Part shown: piece after piece, positions 8,238-16,414 of the stretch
Layout of the letters: every line of letters begins with the position of its first letter
Numbering within the stretch: position 1 is the stretch's first letter
NCBI GenBank assembly: GCA_963769025.1
Contig: CAVYKI010000012.1
Coordinates: forward strand, 288,001-352,000
Direction: 5' to 3'
Source of the DNA: an uncultured Verrucomicrobiae bacterium
GTDB lineage: Bacteria; Verrucomicrobiota; Verrucomicrobiia; Chthoniobacterales; Chthoniobacteraceae
DNA: 64,000 nt
Translations under genes and position numbers: made by a program
Notes under the pieces: model-generated
What the model was told of the DNA's origin: nothing
The model's input: the letters and a program-made list of their open reading frames with translations, nothing else
Databases searched by the model: none

Positions 8238-9542
8238 TCAGAACGGGAACCGCAGGCCGATCGTGTAGATGTTCGCGTTCGGATACGCGTCACTGCTGGT
8301 CACCTTGTCGCGGCCCCACATGTCATAGCGCTCGTAGCCCACATCGACGGAGTAGGTGTCGCGCGGCGTCCATATCAACTTCACGCCGTAGGAGAGCGAC
8401 GCTGCGTTCGAAAGCCGGTAGTCGGCGGAATAAAATTCCGGCGTGCTCGTGAACATCATCCCGTAAAAATTCGCCGCGTCCTGCTGGTGATAGCGCACGC
8501 TGGGCTTCAGCACGAGCGTGGGGCCGATTTTCTGGTACCACGCAAAGGCCGCCGTGTGGGCGCTCACTCCGAATGAATCCCGGTAGAAACGGTGCGACAC
8601 CTCGGCGTTGCCGTTCAGCGAATCCACCGCGCGCGTGAGCGACGTGAACAAAATCTGATGGTCCTTCCGCCCGGGGCGTTTGTCGCTCAGCAGCGAGCCG
8701 CTGACCCATGCGACCTTGTACGGATCGGAAAGAAAACCCGACGAATAGCCGGCCGTGAAGTTCACGGCGAGCACGGTCTTCGGATCGAGCACCTGCGTCG
8801 CGCCGAGAAAAAACTGCACGCCATTTTTCGTCTCCGTCGAGTGGGTGGCGATGGCGTCCACGTCGTCGTGATTCAGCGCCAGGCCCGCCGAGACGACCGT
8901 GTTCTTCTGGTTGAACTCCCGCGCAACCTTCCCCGTGGCGGTGAACGAAGTGTAGTCCAGTTCGTTGCTAAAGGCGAACTGCCCGCTGTACAGATAGTCT
9001 CCGGAGCGGAGGGTGAGCTCGGCGTTCACGCCGAGGCGTGCATCGTTGAAACGCTGCGTCGGCAGCACGTCGTCCGTCGCCGACGGAAGCGGCGGCGCGG
9101 ACGGGCCGGTAGCGGACGTCGTGCTGACCGTCGTCCGCGCGCTCGCCCCCGACACCACATTGTAGGTGCGTCCGGCGCTGCCGATGCGGATCTGGTTGGT
9201 CGTCGGCGCGCCGGTCGGCGATGCGCCGGAAATCACGTCGTAGATTCCCTCGATCTTGAGATTCAGCCGCGTAGAAAGCTCCTTCTCCAAAATGAACGAC
9301 GGACCCCACACGGTGACGCGATCCCGCTCCTCGGCGTACCAGATGTATTTGAAATCCACCCGGTCCTCGGCATCTGCGCGGCGCACCTGGAGGAGTTGGA
9401 GCGCGACGGCGAGCATCATCGCTCGCGTCCGCAGGGAAGTGCCGCTCAGTTGCGGCCGTATCGGGATGAAGTCTCTTGCGCACGAATTCGCATCCTTTCG
9501 GATCGCCGCTGCCGTTTTCAAGAAAAACCCTGACAGTTTCAT
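8238..9542 (-). CDS. DUF3570-like outer-membrane beta-barrel protein
   Basis: DVISGASP, SNELDYTS, GFLSDPYK, RFYRDSFG, YSADYRLS and a C-terminal F. Context beside ApbE, TlpA and DUF4266. Start uncertain (9542 or 9419). Confidence 0.8.
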   Translation of the reverse strand: MKLSGFFLKTAAAIRKDANSCARDFIPIRPQLSGTSLRTRAMMLAVALQLLQVRRADAEDRVDFKYIWYAEERDRVTVWGPSFILEKELSTRLNLKIEGIYDVISGASPTGAPTTNQIRIGSAGRTYNVVSGASARTTVSTTSATGPSAPPLPSATDDVLPTQRFNDARLGVNAELTLRSGDYLYSGQFAFSNELDYTSFTATGKVAREFNQKNTVVSAGLALNHDDVDAIATHSTETKNGVQFFLGATQVLDPKTVLAVNFTAGYSSGFLSDPYKVAWVSGSLLSDKRPGRKDHQILFTSLTRAVDSLNGNAEVSHRFYRDSFGVSAHTAAFAWYQKIGPTLVLKPSVRYHQQDAANFYGMMFTSTPEFYSADYRLSNAASLSYGVKLIWTPRDTYSVDVGYERYDMWGRDKVTSSDAYPNANIYTIGLRFPF

Positions 9543-9699
9543 TCCCGCGCTCCGTTCCCGGCCTCGCCCTGCGCGGCCTTCGCGTTTCCGGTTCCGCGTC
9601 GGTTGCGGAACATTTTCCCGGGCCGCATTCGCCATCTTCATTGACAAACCAGCGCCACGGTAAAGCGTATCCCCGGCCGGAAAAACAGGATCACCAACC

Positions 9700-10236
9700 A
9701 TGAACCACACAGACTTCACCCCACTGACATGCGGGCGCCCGTCGGGGACGCCGTGGATTGCGACCCTCCTCGCGCTGCTCGTCGTATTCACGGGTTTCGC
9801 GAACGCGGCGGATGCCGGCACGCGCCTGCCCAGCCTCAGCGGTGCTTCGCTCGAAGGCGACTTGCCGGCCACACGCGGCAAGGTCCTGCTGGTGGATTTC
9901 TGGGCGTCGTGGTGCGGGCCGTGTAAAAAATCATTCCCGTCCCTCGAAGAGTTGCACCAGCGCTACAAGGGGCGCGGCCTCGTCGTGATCGGCATCAGCG
10001 TGGATGAGGACGCCGGGGCGATGCATCGATTCCTCCGCCAGCACCCTGTCTCTTTTTCCATCGTACGCGACCGGGAGCAAAAGCTGGTCAAGGCGCTGAA
10101 AATCGAGGCGATGCCCACATCCTTGCTTGTGGACCGGAGCGGCGTGATCCGGTTCGTGAATTCGGGATTCAGGGGCTCGTCCACCGAGGCCCAGCTCCAG
10201 CGGCAAATCGAGCAGCTTCTCCAGTCTTCCAAATGA
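9700..10236 (+). CDS. TlpA-family thioredoxin-like disulfide reductase, exported
   Basis: DFWASWCGPC, AMPTS cis-Pro loop, N-terminal signal/anchor. Confidence 0.92.
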   Translation: MNHTDFTPLTCGRPSGTPWIATLLALLVVFTGFANAADAGTRLPSLSGASLEGDLPATRGKVLLVDFWASWCGPCKKSFPSLEELHQRYKGRGLVVIGISVDEDAGAMHRFLRQHPVSFSIVRDREQKLVKALKIEAMPTSLLVDRSGVIRFVNSGFRGSSTEAQLQRQIEQLLQSSK

Positions 10237-10463
10237 AATCACCACGCCGACCCATCTTTCTCGCCACGCTCCTGCTCACCTGTGCGTGGCTGCTGGGCGG
10301 CTGCGCCACCGTCGCGCCTTGGGAGAAGGGAACGCTCGCCGAATACGGCATGCGCCCCGATCGGGATCCGCTCGGCGACGGCCTCGCCGAACACGTTTAC
10401 TTTTCCCGCGAAGCTGCGTTCGGCGGAAAAGGCATCGGCGGCGGCGGCTGCGGCTGCAACTGA
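10233..10463 (+). CDS. DUF4266-like lipoprotein
   Basis: Lipobox LGGC, VAPWEKGTLA, SREAAFGG and C-terminal GGGGCGCN. ATGA overlap with the tlpA-like gene. Confidence 0.88.
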   Translation: MKSPRRPIFLATLLLTCAWLLGGCATVAPWEKGTLAEYGMRPDRDPLGDGLAEHVYFSREAAFGGKGIGGGGCGCN

Positions 10464-10533
10464 GCGACGCTCACGCATTGCCGGGCGCGTCCGGGCCGCT
10501 CGCGCGTGCGGTGCAGCAGGACGCCGCAGGGCG

Positions 10534-10950
10534 TCAGAGGCCCAGTGCGCGCAAGGTAGGAGTGTCGATGCTTCCCGTGACCCTGAGTTCGTGCCGGGCC
10601 TGGAATGCGCGAAGCCCGGCACGCGTGCCACGCCCGAAGTCGCCGTCCACCGGTCCTTCGTAATAGCCAAACCGTTTCAATTTCCGCTGAACCTGCGCGA
10701 CCAGCGACGAACCTTCCACCGCACCCGGGTACGGAGGACGCGGCGGGATCGGGATCGGAAAGCCAGGACCAGGACCACCGGGACCACCAGGGCCAAATCC
10801 GGGACCTCCCGGCCCGCCGGGGCCAGGGCCGCCTGGACCTCCTCCGGGGCCTCCCGGGCCGCCCGGGCCGGGCTGTGCGAACGAGAGGCTTGCCAGTGAA
10901 AGTGCCGCGAGAAGCACCGTGGTCCGTGACAGGGAGAGGATTCGTTTCAT
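10534..10950 (-). CDS. Secreted protein with a Gly/Pro-rich linker and a peptidoglycan-binding domain
   Basis: Signal peptide, GPGGPG repeats, VQRKLKRFGYYEGPVDGDFGRGTRAGLRAFQ...LRVTGSID (PG_binding_1). Confidence 0.85.
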   Translation of the reverse strand: MKRILSLSRTTVLLAALSLASLSFAQPGPGGPGGPGGGPGGPGPGGPGGPGFGPGGPGGPGPGFPIPIPPRPPYPGAVEGSSLVAQVQRKLKRFGYYEGPVDGDFGRGTRAGLRAFQARHELRVTGSIDTPTLRALGL

Positions 10951-11136
10951 GGGACTTTCCTAGAGTGCGAAGCGGGGACGGTCAACTCGATTGGCATCAA
11001 CCCCGAGTGCCCATGGATGCATGCTTCCCGCCGCGACGCGAAAGCCTGGTCCACCGGGGCGAATCCAACCCTCTCACCCAATCCAGCCGCGACGGAACGG
11101 CGTCCTTCCCGCACCGCAAACCCGCGGCCGGCCGTG

Positions 11137-11586
11137 TCAGCCGACCTGCTCGCCGAAGACGTACCGCGTGAGGTGTTCGATCGTCGCCGTCTGAGCGGAG
11201 ATGATCCACTTCACAAGGTCACCGATGGAGAGGATGCCGACGATCTCGCCGTTCTCGACCACCGGCAGATGGCGGATGCGCTGCTCGGTCATGAGCTGCA
11301 TGCAGTCATTCACCGTGCTGGAGGTGGTGACCGTCTCCGGGTCGCGGGTCATGATTTCGCCGACGAAAGTGTCCTTCGACGTGCGGCCCATGAGCACGAC
11401 CTTGCGCGTGTAATCGCGCTCACTGAACATGCCGACGAGCCGGCCTTGCTGGAGCACCGGAACCGCGCCGATGTTATGCTCCGCCATCATTTTAATCGCA
11501 TCGAGCACAGTGGCGGTGGCGGTGATGGAATGAATGGTCGGGGCCTTGTCGCGCAGGAGCGCGCCGACGGAGTCTGTGTTTTGCAT
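11137..11586 (-). CDS. CBS-pair domain protein
   Basis: GMFSERDY, IRHLPVV, GILSIGDLVK. Confidence 0.9.
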   Translation of the reverse strand: MQNTDSVGALLRDKAPTIHSITATATVLDAIKMMAEHNIGAVPVLQQGRLVGMFSERDYTRKVVLMGRTSKDTFVGEIMTRDPETVTTSSTVNDCMQLMTEQRIRHLPVVENGEIVGILSIGDLVKWIISAQTATIEHLTRYVFGEQVG

Positions 11587-11812
11587 GGCGAGGGGTTTTC
11601 ACCGATGCTGAAACTCGCCGCCGAGGATTCAAGACCAAAAACCGGCAAACCATTTCCCTCACGGCGAATTCACGAAAACGAATACCCGTCGCAACAGGGG
11701 GCGAAATCGTGAATGCACCGGTACGCAGCCCCGCCCTGCGGGCGTAAATGCCGCGGAGCTTTGCGAGCGGACACCTTTGGACACCCGCCGCCGAACCCGC
11801 TAAACGCTCGCC

Positions 11813-12514
11813 ATGCCCGGCATCCAGGTCGGATTTCTCATCTTCACTTTTGCCGGGCCGATCCTGCTGTGGATCCTCAGCCGACACGTGGATTCCCTGC
11901 GTTTCGCGAAAGGGATTTGTTGGACCTTCGCTCTCGCCCTCACCGGCGCGTGGGCCACGACCATCGTCGTGCTTTACCGGGACGACGCGCTCATCCCCCG
12001 CTACGCGCTCCCGATGCAACTCTGCGACTGGGCGCTTGCCGCGACGGTCGTCGCCCTCGTCCTGCGCCGCCAGCTTTGCTTCGAACTCGCCTACTTCTGG
12101 GGCCTCGCGGGTACCGCGCAGGCGCTCATCACCCCGGCGCTCGACGACACCACGATGTGCCGCGTCGTCGGCTTTTTCATCATCCATTCCGTGATTCCCG
12201 CCAGCGTTTTGTGGCTCATGTTCGAGTTCAAAATGCGGCCCCAGCGCGGTGCATGGCTGCGCGTGGTGCTGTGGTCGCAAGTCTATCTCTTGCTCGCGCT
12301 GCTCACGAACGCCGCCACCGGCGGCAACTACGGTTTTCTGAGCCACCGCCCGAGCGTCCGCAGCATGCTCGATCTTTTCTCCGACACACCCTGGTTCTAC
12401 ATCCTGCAGATCGATCTCACCGGGCTTGCCATTTTCTTCGTCCTCGATCTGCCCTGGCAGTTCGTCCGGCGGCGCCAGGCGGCGCAGGCAAAATCGTCCG
12501 CGTCCCCGCCCTAA
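11813..12514 (+). CDS. YwaF/TIGR02206-like integral membrane protein
   Basis: LPMQLCD, AYFWGLAGTAQALITP, FFIIH, NYGFL motifs. Confidence 0.8.
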   Translation: MPGIQVGFLIFTFAGPILLWILSRHVDSLRFAKGICWTFALALTGAWATTIVVLYRDDALIPRYALPMQLCDWALAATVVALVLRRQLCFELAYFWGLAGTAQALITPALDDTTMCRVVGFFIIHSVIPASVLWLMFEFKMRPQRGAWLRVVLWSQVYLLLALLTNAATGGNYGFLSHRPSVRSMLDLFSDTPWFYILQIDLTGLAIFFVLDLPWQFVRRRQAAQAKSSASPP

Positions 12515-12578
12515 AACAGGCTGGAAGATTGTTTCACAGGCAGGCGCGGTGGCATCTCCGATGCTACATTGGAGTGCC

Positions 12579-12692
12579 GTGAAGAAGTTCCCCTTCCCTC
12601 CCAAACTCGATCCCCTGGGCGTAAAGACCGGGCTCGAACTCGCCGCCGGCGGCATCCTCGCGTTGCTGCTGATGCGCTGGTTCGGGATGTAA
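12579..12692 (+). CDS. Putative 37-aa small membrane protein
   Basis: GGAG at 12571-12574 then GTG; translation MKKFPFPPKLDPLGVKTGLELAAGGILALLLMRWFGM; GC3-rich codons. Confidence 0.5.
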   Translation: MKKFPFPPKLDPLGVKTGLELAAGGILALLLMRWFGM

Positions 12693-12749
12693 TCCGCGGG
12701 CTGCCCACGGAGTCTTGCCGCGCAAAGGGCGATGCGCGAGGATTCCGCC

Positions 12750-12983
12750 ATGCCGACCTACATCTACCAGACGACAGACGAGACGAAGCCCCCGCGTCAG
12801 TTCGAGATCCGGCAGAGCATGAAGGACGACCCGCTCACAAAGCATCCCGAGACCGGCGAGCCCATCCGGCGCGTCATCACCGGCGGTTTCGGCTACATGG
12901 GGAAAGGAAACGCCCCGCGGCACGCGGACATGCAGCGCAACATGGGCGGCGGCTCGTGCGGCACCGGTTGCGGCTGCCACTGA
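12750..12983 (+). CDS. FmdB-family zinc-ribbon-like regulatory protein
   Basis: MPTYIY...FEIRQSMKDDPLTKHPETGEPIRRVI pattern and C-terminal CGTGCGCH. Confidence 0.8.
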   Translation: MPTYIYQTTDETKPPRQFEIRQSMKDDPLTKHPETGEPIRRVITGGFGYMGKGNAPRHADMQRNMGGGSCGTGCGCH

Positions 12984-12985
12984 CA

Positions 12986-13068
12986 GGCAGCCGCCGACGG
13001 AGGCGGGCCGATCGGGTTCCTGCCGTCGCAGCAGTCCTGCAAGATTGCCCGCCTCCTTCCGGCGGCAG
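12986..13068. repeat. Degenerate REP-like inverted repeat
   Basis: GCCGCCGACGGAGGCGGGC ... GCCCGCCTCCTTCCGGCGGC, intergenic. Confidence 0.5.
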
Positions 13069-13159
13069 TTGCAGAAAGACGGATGCGCCCCGTCCATGAT
13101 TGACCGCCGTCATTTGCCGTTTGCACTCGCGCTCCCAGCGCGCTCTCATCCGCGCCCCT

Positions 13160-14422
13160 GTGGAGAACCCGCCTGCCAACACCACCAACCGCACGACGCT
13201 GCGCCTCATTTTCCTGACGCTGTTCATCGACATGATCGGCTTCGGGATCGTCATCCCCGTGCTGCCGCTCTACGCGGAAGGCTCGCGCTTCAACGCGACC
13301 GAAACCCAGCTCGCGTGGATCGTCGGCATTTACTCGCTGCTCCAGGTCGTCTGCGGCCCGATCATCGGGAAAATCAGCGACCGCGTCGGCCGACGGCCCG
13401 TCCTGGCGGTGAGCATCTTCGGCACTTCCGTCGGGTTCGCCATCATCGGCACCGCGGGCCTCGGGTGGTTCAGCCCCGAGACGGCCATCATCCTTCTCCT
13501 CGTGGGCCGCGCGATCGACGGCATCAGCGGCGGCAACATCTCCACCGCCATGGCGTGCATCGCCGACAGCACGAGCAAAAAGGAGCGCTCGCGCAACATG
13601 GCCCTCATCGGCGCGGCGTTCGGGCTCGGCTTCGTCATCGGCCCCGCGCTCGGCGGCGTGCTCAGCAAATACTTCGGCCTCGCGTTCCCGTTCTATTTCG
13701 CCTCGGCCCTCGCGCTCATGAACGCCGTGCTCGTCATGCTCCGCCTGCCCGAGACGCTCACGCCCGAGGTCCGCGCGCGGGCGCGCGAAATGGCGAGCCT
13801 CGGCGAGGTCTTCAGCGGCGGACGCGCGGGCACCGTGATCATCGCGCTGCTCAGCCAGCTCGCCGGAGTCACGGGCTTTTCCGTGATGACCGCGCTCTTC
13901 GCGCTCTTCTGCGCAAAACGCTACGGCTACGACACCGCGCATGTCGGCTACGTGCTCGCCTACGTCGGCATCGTCGGCGTGCTCATGCAGGGCGGCGTCG
14001 TGCGGCGGCTCCTCGCGCGGCCCATCGAGAAGCCGCTCGCCATCATCGGCACCGCGGTGCTCGCAGGGAGCATGGCTCTGCTCGCCATCCTGCCCACCGG
14101 CAGCGGCATCGGCCTGCTCCTGCTCGTGTGCGCCGGCATCTCCGTCGGCAACAGCCTTTCCACCCCATCGCTCAACGGCCTCGCCTCCCGCCTCGTGGAT
14201 TCCCACGCGCAGGGCCGGCTCATGGGATTGATGCAAAGCGCCGGCGGCCTCGGCCGCTTCCTCGGCCCGATGCTCGGCTACTCGCTCGTGCATCTCGACA
14301 CGGCCGGCAACTACGGCCGCGTCGCCTTCCTCGCCTCGGCCGGGCTGCTCTTGGTGGACTGCGTGCTGCTGCTGCTCATGCGCGTCCCGCCGCCACACGA
14401 TCACGAAGAACAGCCAGCCTGA
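13160..14422 (+). CDS. MFS transporter, TetA/DHA1-like
   Basis: IDMIGFGIVIPVLP, GKISDRVGRRPVL (motif A), GRAIDGISGGN, GFVIGPALGG (motif C). Start 13160 (GTG) or 13100. Confidence 0.9.
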   Translation: MENPPANTTNRTTLRLIFLTLFIDMIGFGIVIPVLPLYAEGSRFNATETQLAWIVGIYSLLQVVCGPIIGKISDRVGRRPVLAVSIFGTSVGFAIIGTAGLGWFSPETAIILLLVGRAIDGISGGNISTAMACIADSTSKKERSRNMALIGAAFGLGFVIGPALGGVLSKYFGLAFPFYFASALALMNAVLVMLRLPETLTPEVRARAREMASLGEVFSGGRAGTVIIALLSQLAGVTGFSVMTALFALFCAKRYGYDTAHVGYVLAYVGIVGVLMQGGVVRRLLARPIEKPLAIIGTAVLAGSMALLAILPTGSGIGLLLLVCAGISVGNSLSTPSLNGLASRLVDSHAQGRLMGLMQSAGGLGRFLGPMLGYSLVHLDTAGNYGRVAFLASAGLLLVDCVLLLLMRVPPPHDHEEQPA

Positions 14423-14426
14423 CCTT

Positions 14427-15389
14427 ATGCGCCTGAACCGCTTTCTCGCCTCCGCCGGCCTCGGCTCCCGCCGCAGCGTCGAGGAACTCATCACCCAAGG
14501 CATCGTCCGCGTGAATGGCCAGGTCGTCACAAACCTCGCCACGCAGGTCGGCCCGACCGACGCCGTGAAAGTCGGCAGCCGGCTCATCCGTTCCGAGGAG
14601 CCGATTTACGCCGTGCTGCACAAGCCGCCGGGCTACGTCTGCACCGCCGCGGATGAATTTGACCGCCGCACGATCTTCGAACTCTTCCCGCCGAACTGGC
14701 CGCAAGTGCACCACGTCGGCCGCCTCGACAAGGAAAGCGAAGGCCTCATTTTTGTGACCAACGACGGCGACCTCACGCACATCCTCACCCACCCCGGCCA
14801 CGAGGTGGAAAAGGAATACGACGTGTTGATCGACCGGCCGTTCAACCCCGACGACCGCGAGAAGCTGCTCAAGGGATTTCACATCGAGGGCGGCTTCGCG
14901 AAGTGCGAGGGCGTCGAGGCGATCAAGGCAAACCGCTTGCGGCTCGTGCTTACGCAGGGCATCAAGCGGCAGATTCGCGTGATGCTCTACAAGCTCGGCT
15001 ACGAAGTGGAGCGACTCTTCCGCATCCGCATCGGCCCCATCGTCATCTCCGGCCTCGCGCGCGGCGCGTGGCGTTTCCTGAACCAAAAGGAAGTCGCCGA
15101 ACTGCGCAACGCCAAGCCGAAGGTGAAGCCGCCGGTCAAGCCGCTCAAGCCACGGACCGCCGGTGAGAAAAAGCCGCGCCCACACCGGCCCGCGTCCCGC
15201 AAATTTACGCCCAAGTCCTGGGCTCCGAATCCGAAGAAGGCCCCGGCCGCCAATGTCCCGGCGAAACCTGAATCCCGCCCCGAGTCGCCGGCCCGCAAGC
15301 CGCGCCCCGCGTCCGGTTTCAAACCTCGCCCTGCGTCCGGCTTCAAGCCTCGCGGCGGCGCAGGCGATCGAGAGCGACGGCGGCGATAA
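14427..15389 (+). CDS. RsuA/RluB-family rRNA pseudouridine synthase with a basic low-complexity tail
   Basis: S4 domain RLNRFLASAGLGSRR, HKPPGY, VGRLD catalytic Asp, GIKRQIR. Confidence 0.9.
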   Translation: MRLNRFLASAGLGSRRSVEELITQGIVRVNGQVVTNLATQVGPTDAVKVGSRLIRSEEPIYAVLHKPPGYVCTAADEFDRRTIFELFPPNWPQVHHVGRLDKESEGLIFVTNDGDLTHILTHPGHEVEKEYDVLIDRPFNPDDREKLLKGFHIEGGFAKCEGVEAIKANRLRLVLTQGIKRQIRVMLYKLGYEVERLFRIRIGPIVISGLARGAWRFLNQKEVAELRNAKPKVKPPVKPLKPRTAGEKKPRPHRPASRKFTPKSWAPNPKKAPAANVPAKPESRPESPARKPRPASGFKPRPASGFKPRGGAGDRERRRR

Positions 15390-16407
15390 TCACCGCGCCG
15401 ATAATCACGCGCTGGGTCCAGTCCTCCCACGCCATCGCGGTCGCGCCGTTGCGCAGCACGGTCATCAGCAGCGCGCCGAGCACTGCGCCGAAGACGCTCC
15501 CGCTGCCGCCGTTCAGGCTCGCGCCGCCGATGACGACCGCCGCGATCACATCGAGCGCAAGGTCCGGTGCGCCGGTCGGATCGCCCTGCGTGAGACGGGA
15601 AAATTGCAGCGTGCCCGCCAGCCCGAAGAGCGCACCTGCGAGCGAGTAGATCGCGACCTGCGTCCAGCGCACGCGGATGCCGCACAGCCGCGCCGTCGCC
15701 TCGTTCGACCCGATGGCAAAGATGCGCCGGCCGAAAACCGTGCGGTTCATCACGACCGCGACGAGCACCGAAAGCCCGATCGCGAGCCACACGCCCGCGG
15801 GCAGCGGCCAGAATTGCCCCGGCTCCTCGACGGCGAGCAGATTGAGCAGCCACGACTCGCCGATGTCCCCGTCCAGATTCACCGTCTGATTTTCCGAGCG
15901 CCACAGCGCGAGACCGCGGATGACGCTCATCATGCCGAGCGTGACGATGAACGGATTCTGCCGCAGCCCCGCGACGAGCGAGCCATTCACGCAGCCCACC
16001 GCCGCGCCTGCGAGGATCGCGATGAGCGCGGCGGTGAGCGGCGTGCTGCCGGTGTTCAGCGATTTCGCGACGAACACGCTGCACATCGCGACGGACGAGC
16101 CGACGCTCAGATCGATTCCGCCGCTCACGAGGATCAAAATCATCCCGAGCGCGCCGACGGCGACGATCGCGGTCTGCGTGAGATTCTTTTTCCAAGCTCC
16201 GCCGGTGATGAACGAGTTCAGCCCCGTGAACGTCTCGTCCGGCTGCGCGCGCATTTTCGCAAATGCCTCCGTGAACGCGATCCCTTCGTGCTGCTGCTGA
16301 AAGTCGCGCACGTCCTTCCAAGCCAGCAGCGCGCAGAAAAGCCCGACGACCAGCGCAAGCGCGAGCACGGGACTGAGCAGGGAAAAAATTCGGCGGAGGG
16401 CGTTCAT
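15343..16407 (-). CDS. Sugar (ribose-type) ABC transporter permease
   Basis: GGIDLSVGS, FIVTLGMM, FGRRIFAIGSNEATARLCGI, IAAVVIGGASLNGG. Confidence 0.92.
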   Translation of the reverse strand: MNALRRIFSLLSPVLALALVVGLFCALLAWKDVRDFQQQHEGIAFTEAFAKMRAQPDETFTGLNSFITGGAWKKNLTQTAIVAVGALGMILILVSGGIDLSVGSSVAMCSVFVAKSLNTGSTPLTAALIAILAGAAVGCVNGSLVAGLRQNPFIVTLGMMSVIRGLALWRSENQTVNLDGDIGESWLLNLLAVEEPGQFWPLPAGVWLAIGLSVLVAVVMNRTVFGRRIFAIGSNEATARLCGIRVRWTQVAIYSLAGALFGLAGTLQFSRLTQGDPTGAPDLALDVIAAVVIGGASLNGGSGSVFGAVLGALLMTVLRNGATAMAWEDWTQRVIIGAVIIAAVALDRLRRREA

Positions 16408-16414
16408 GGGGAAA

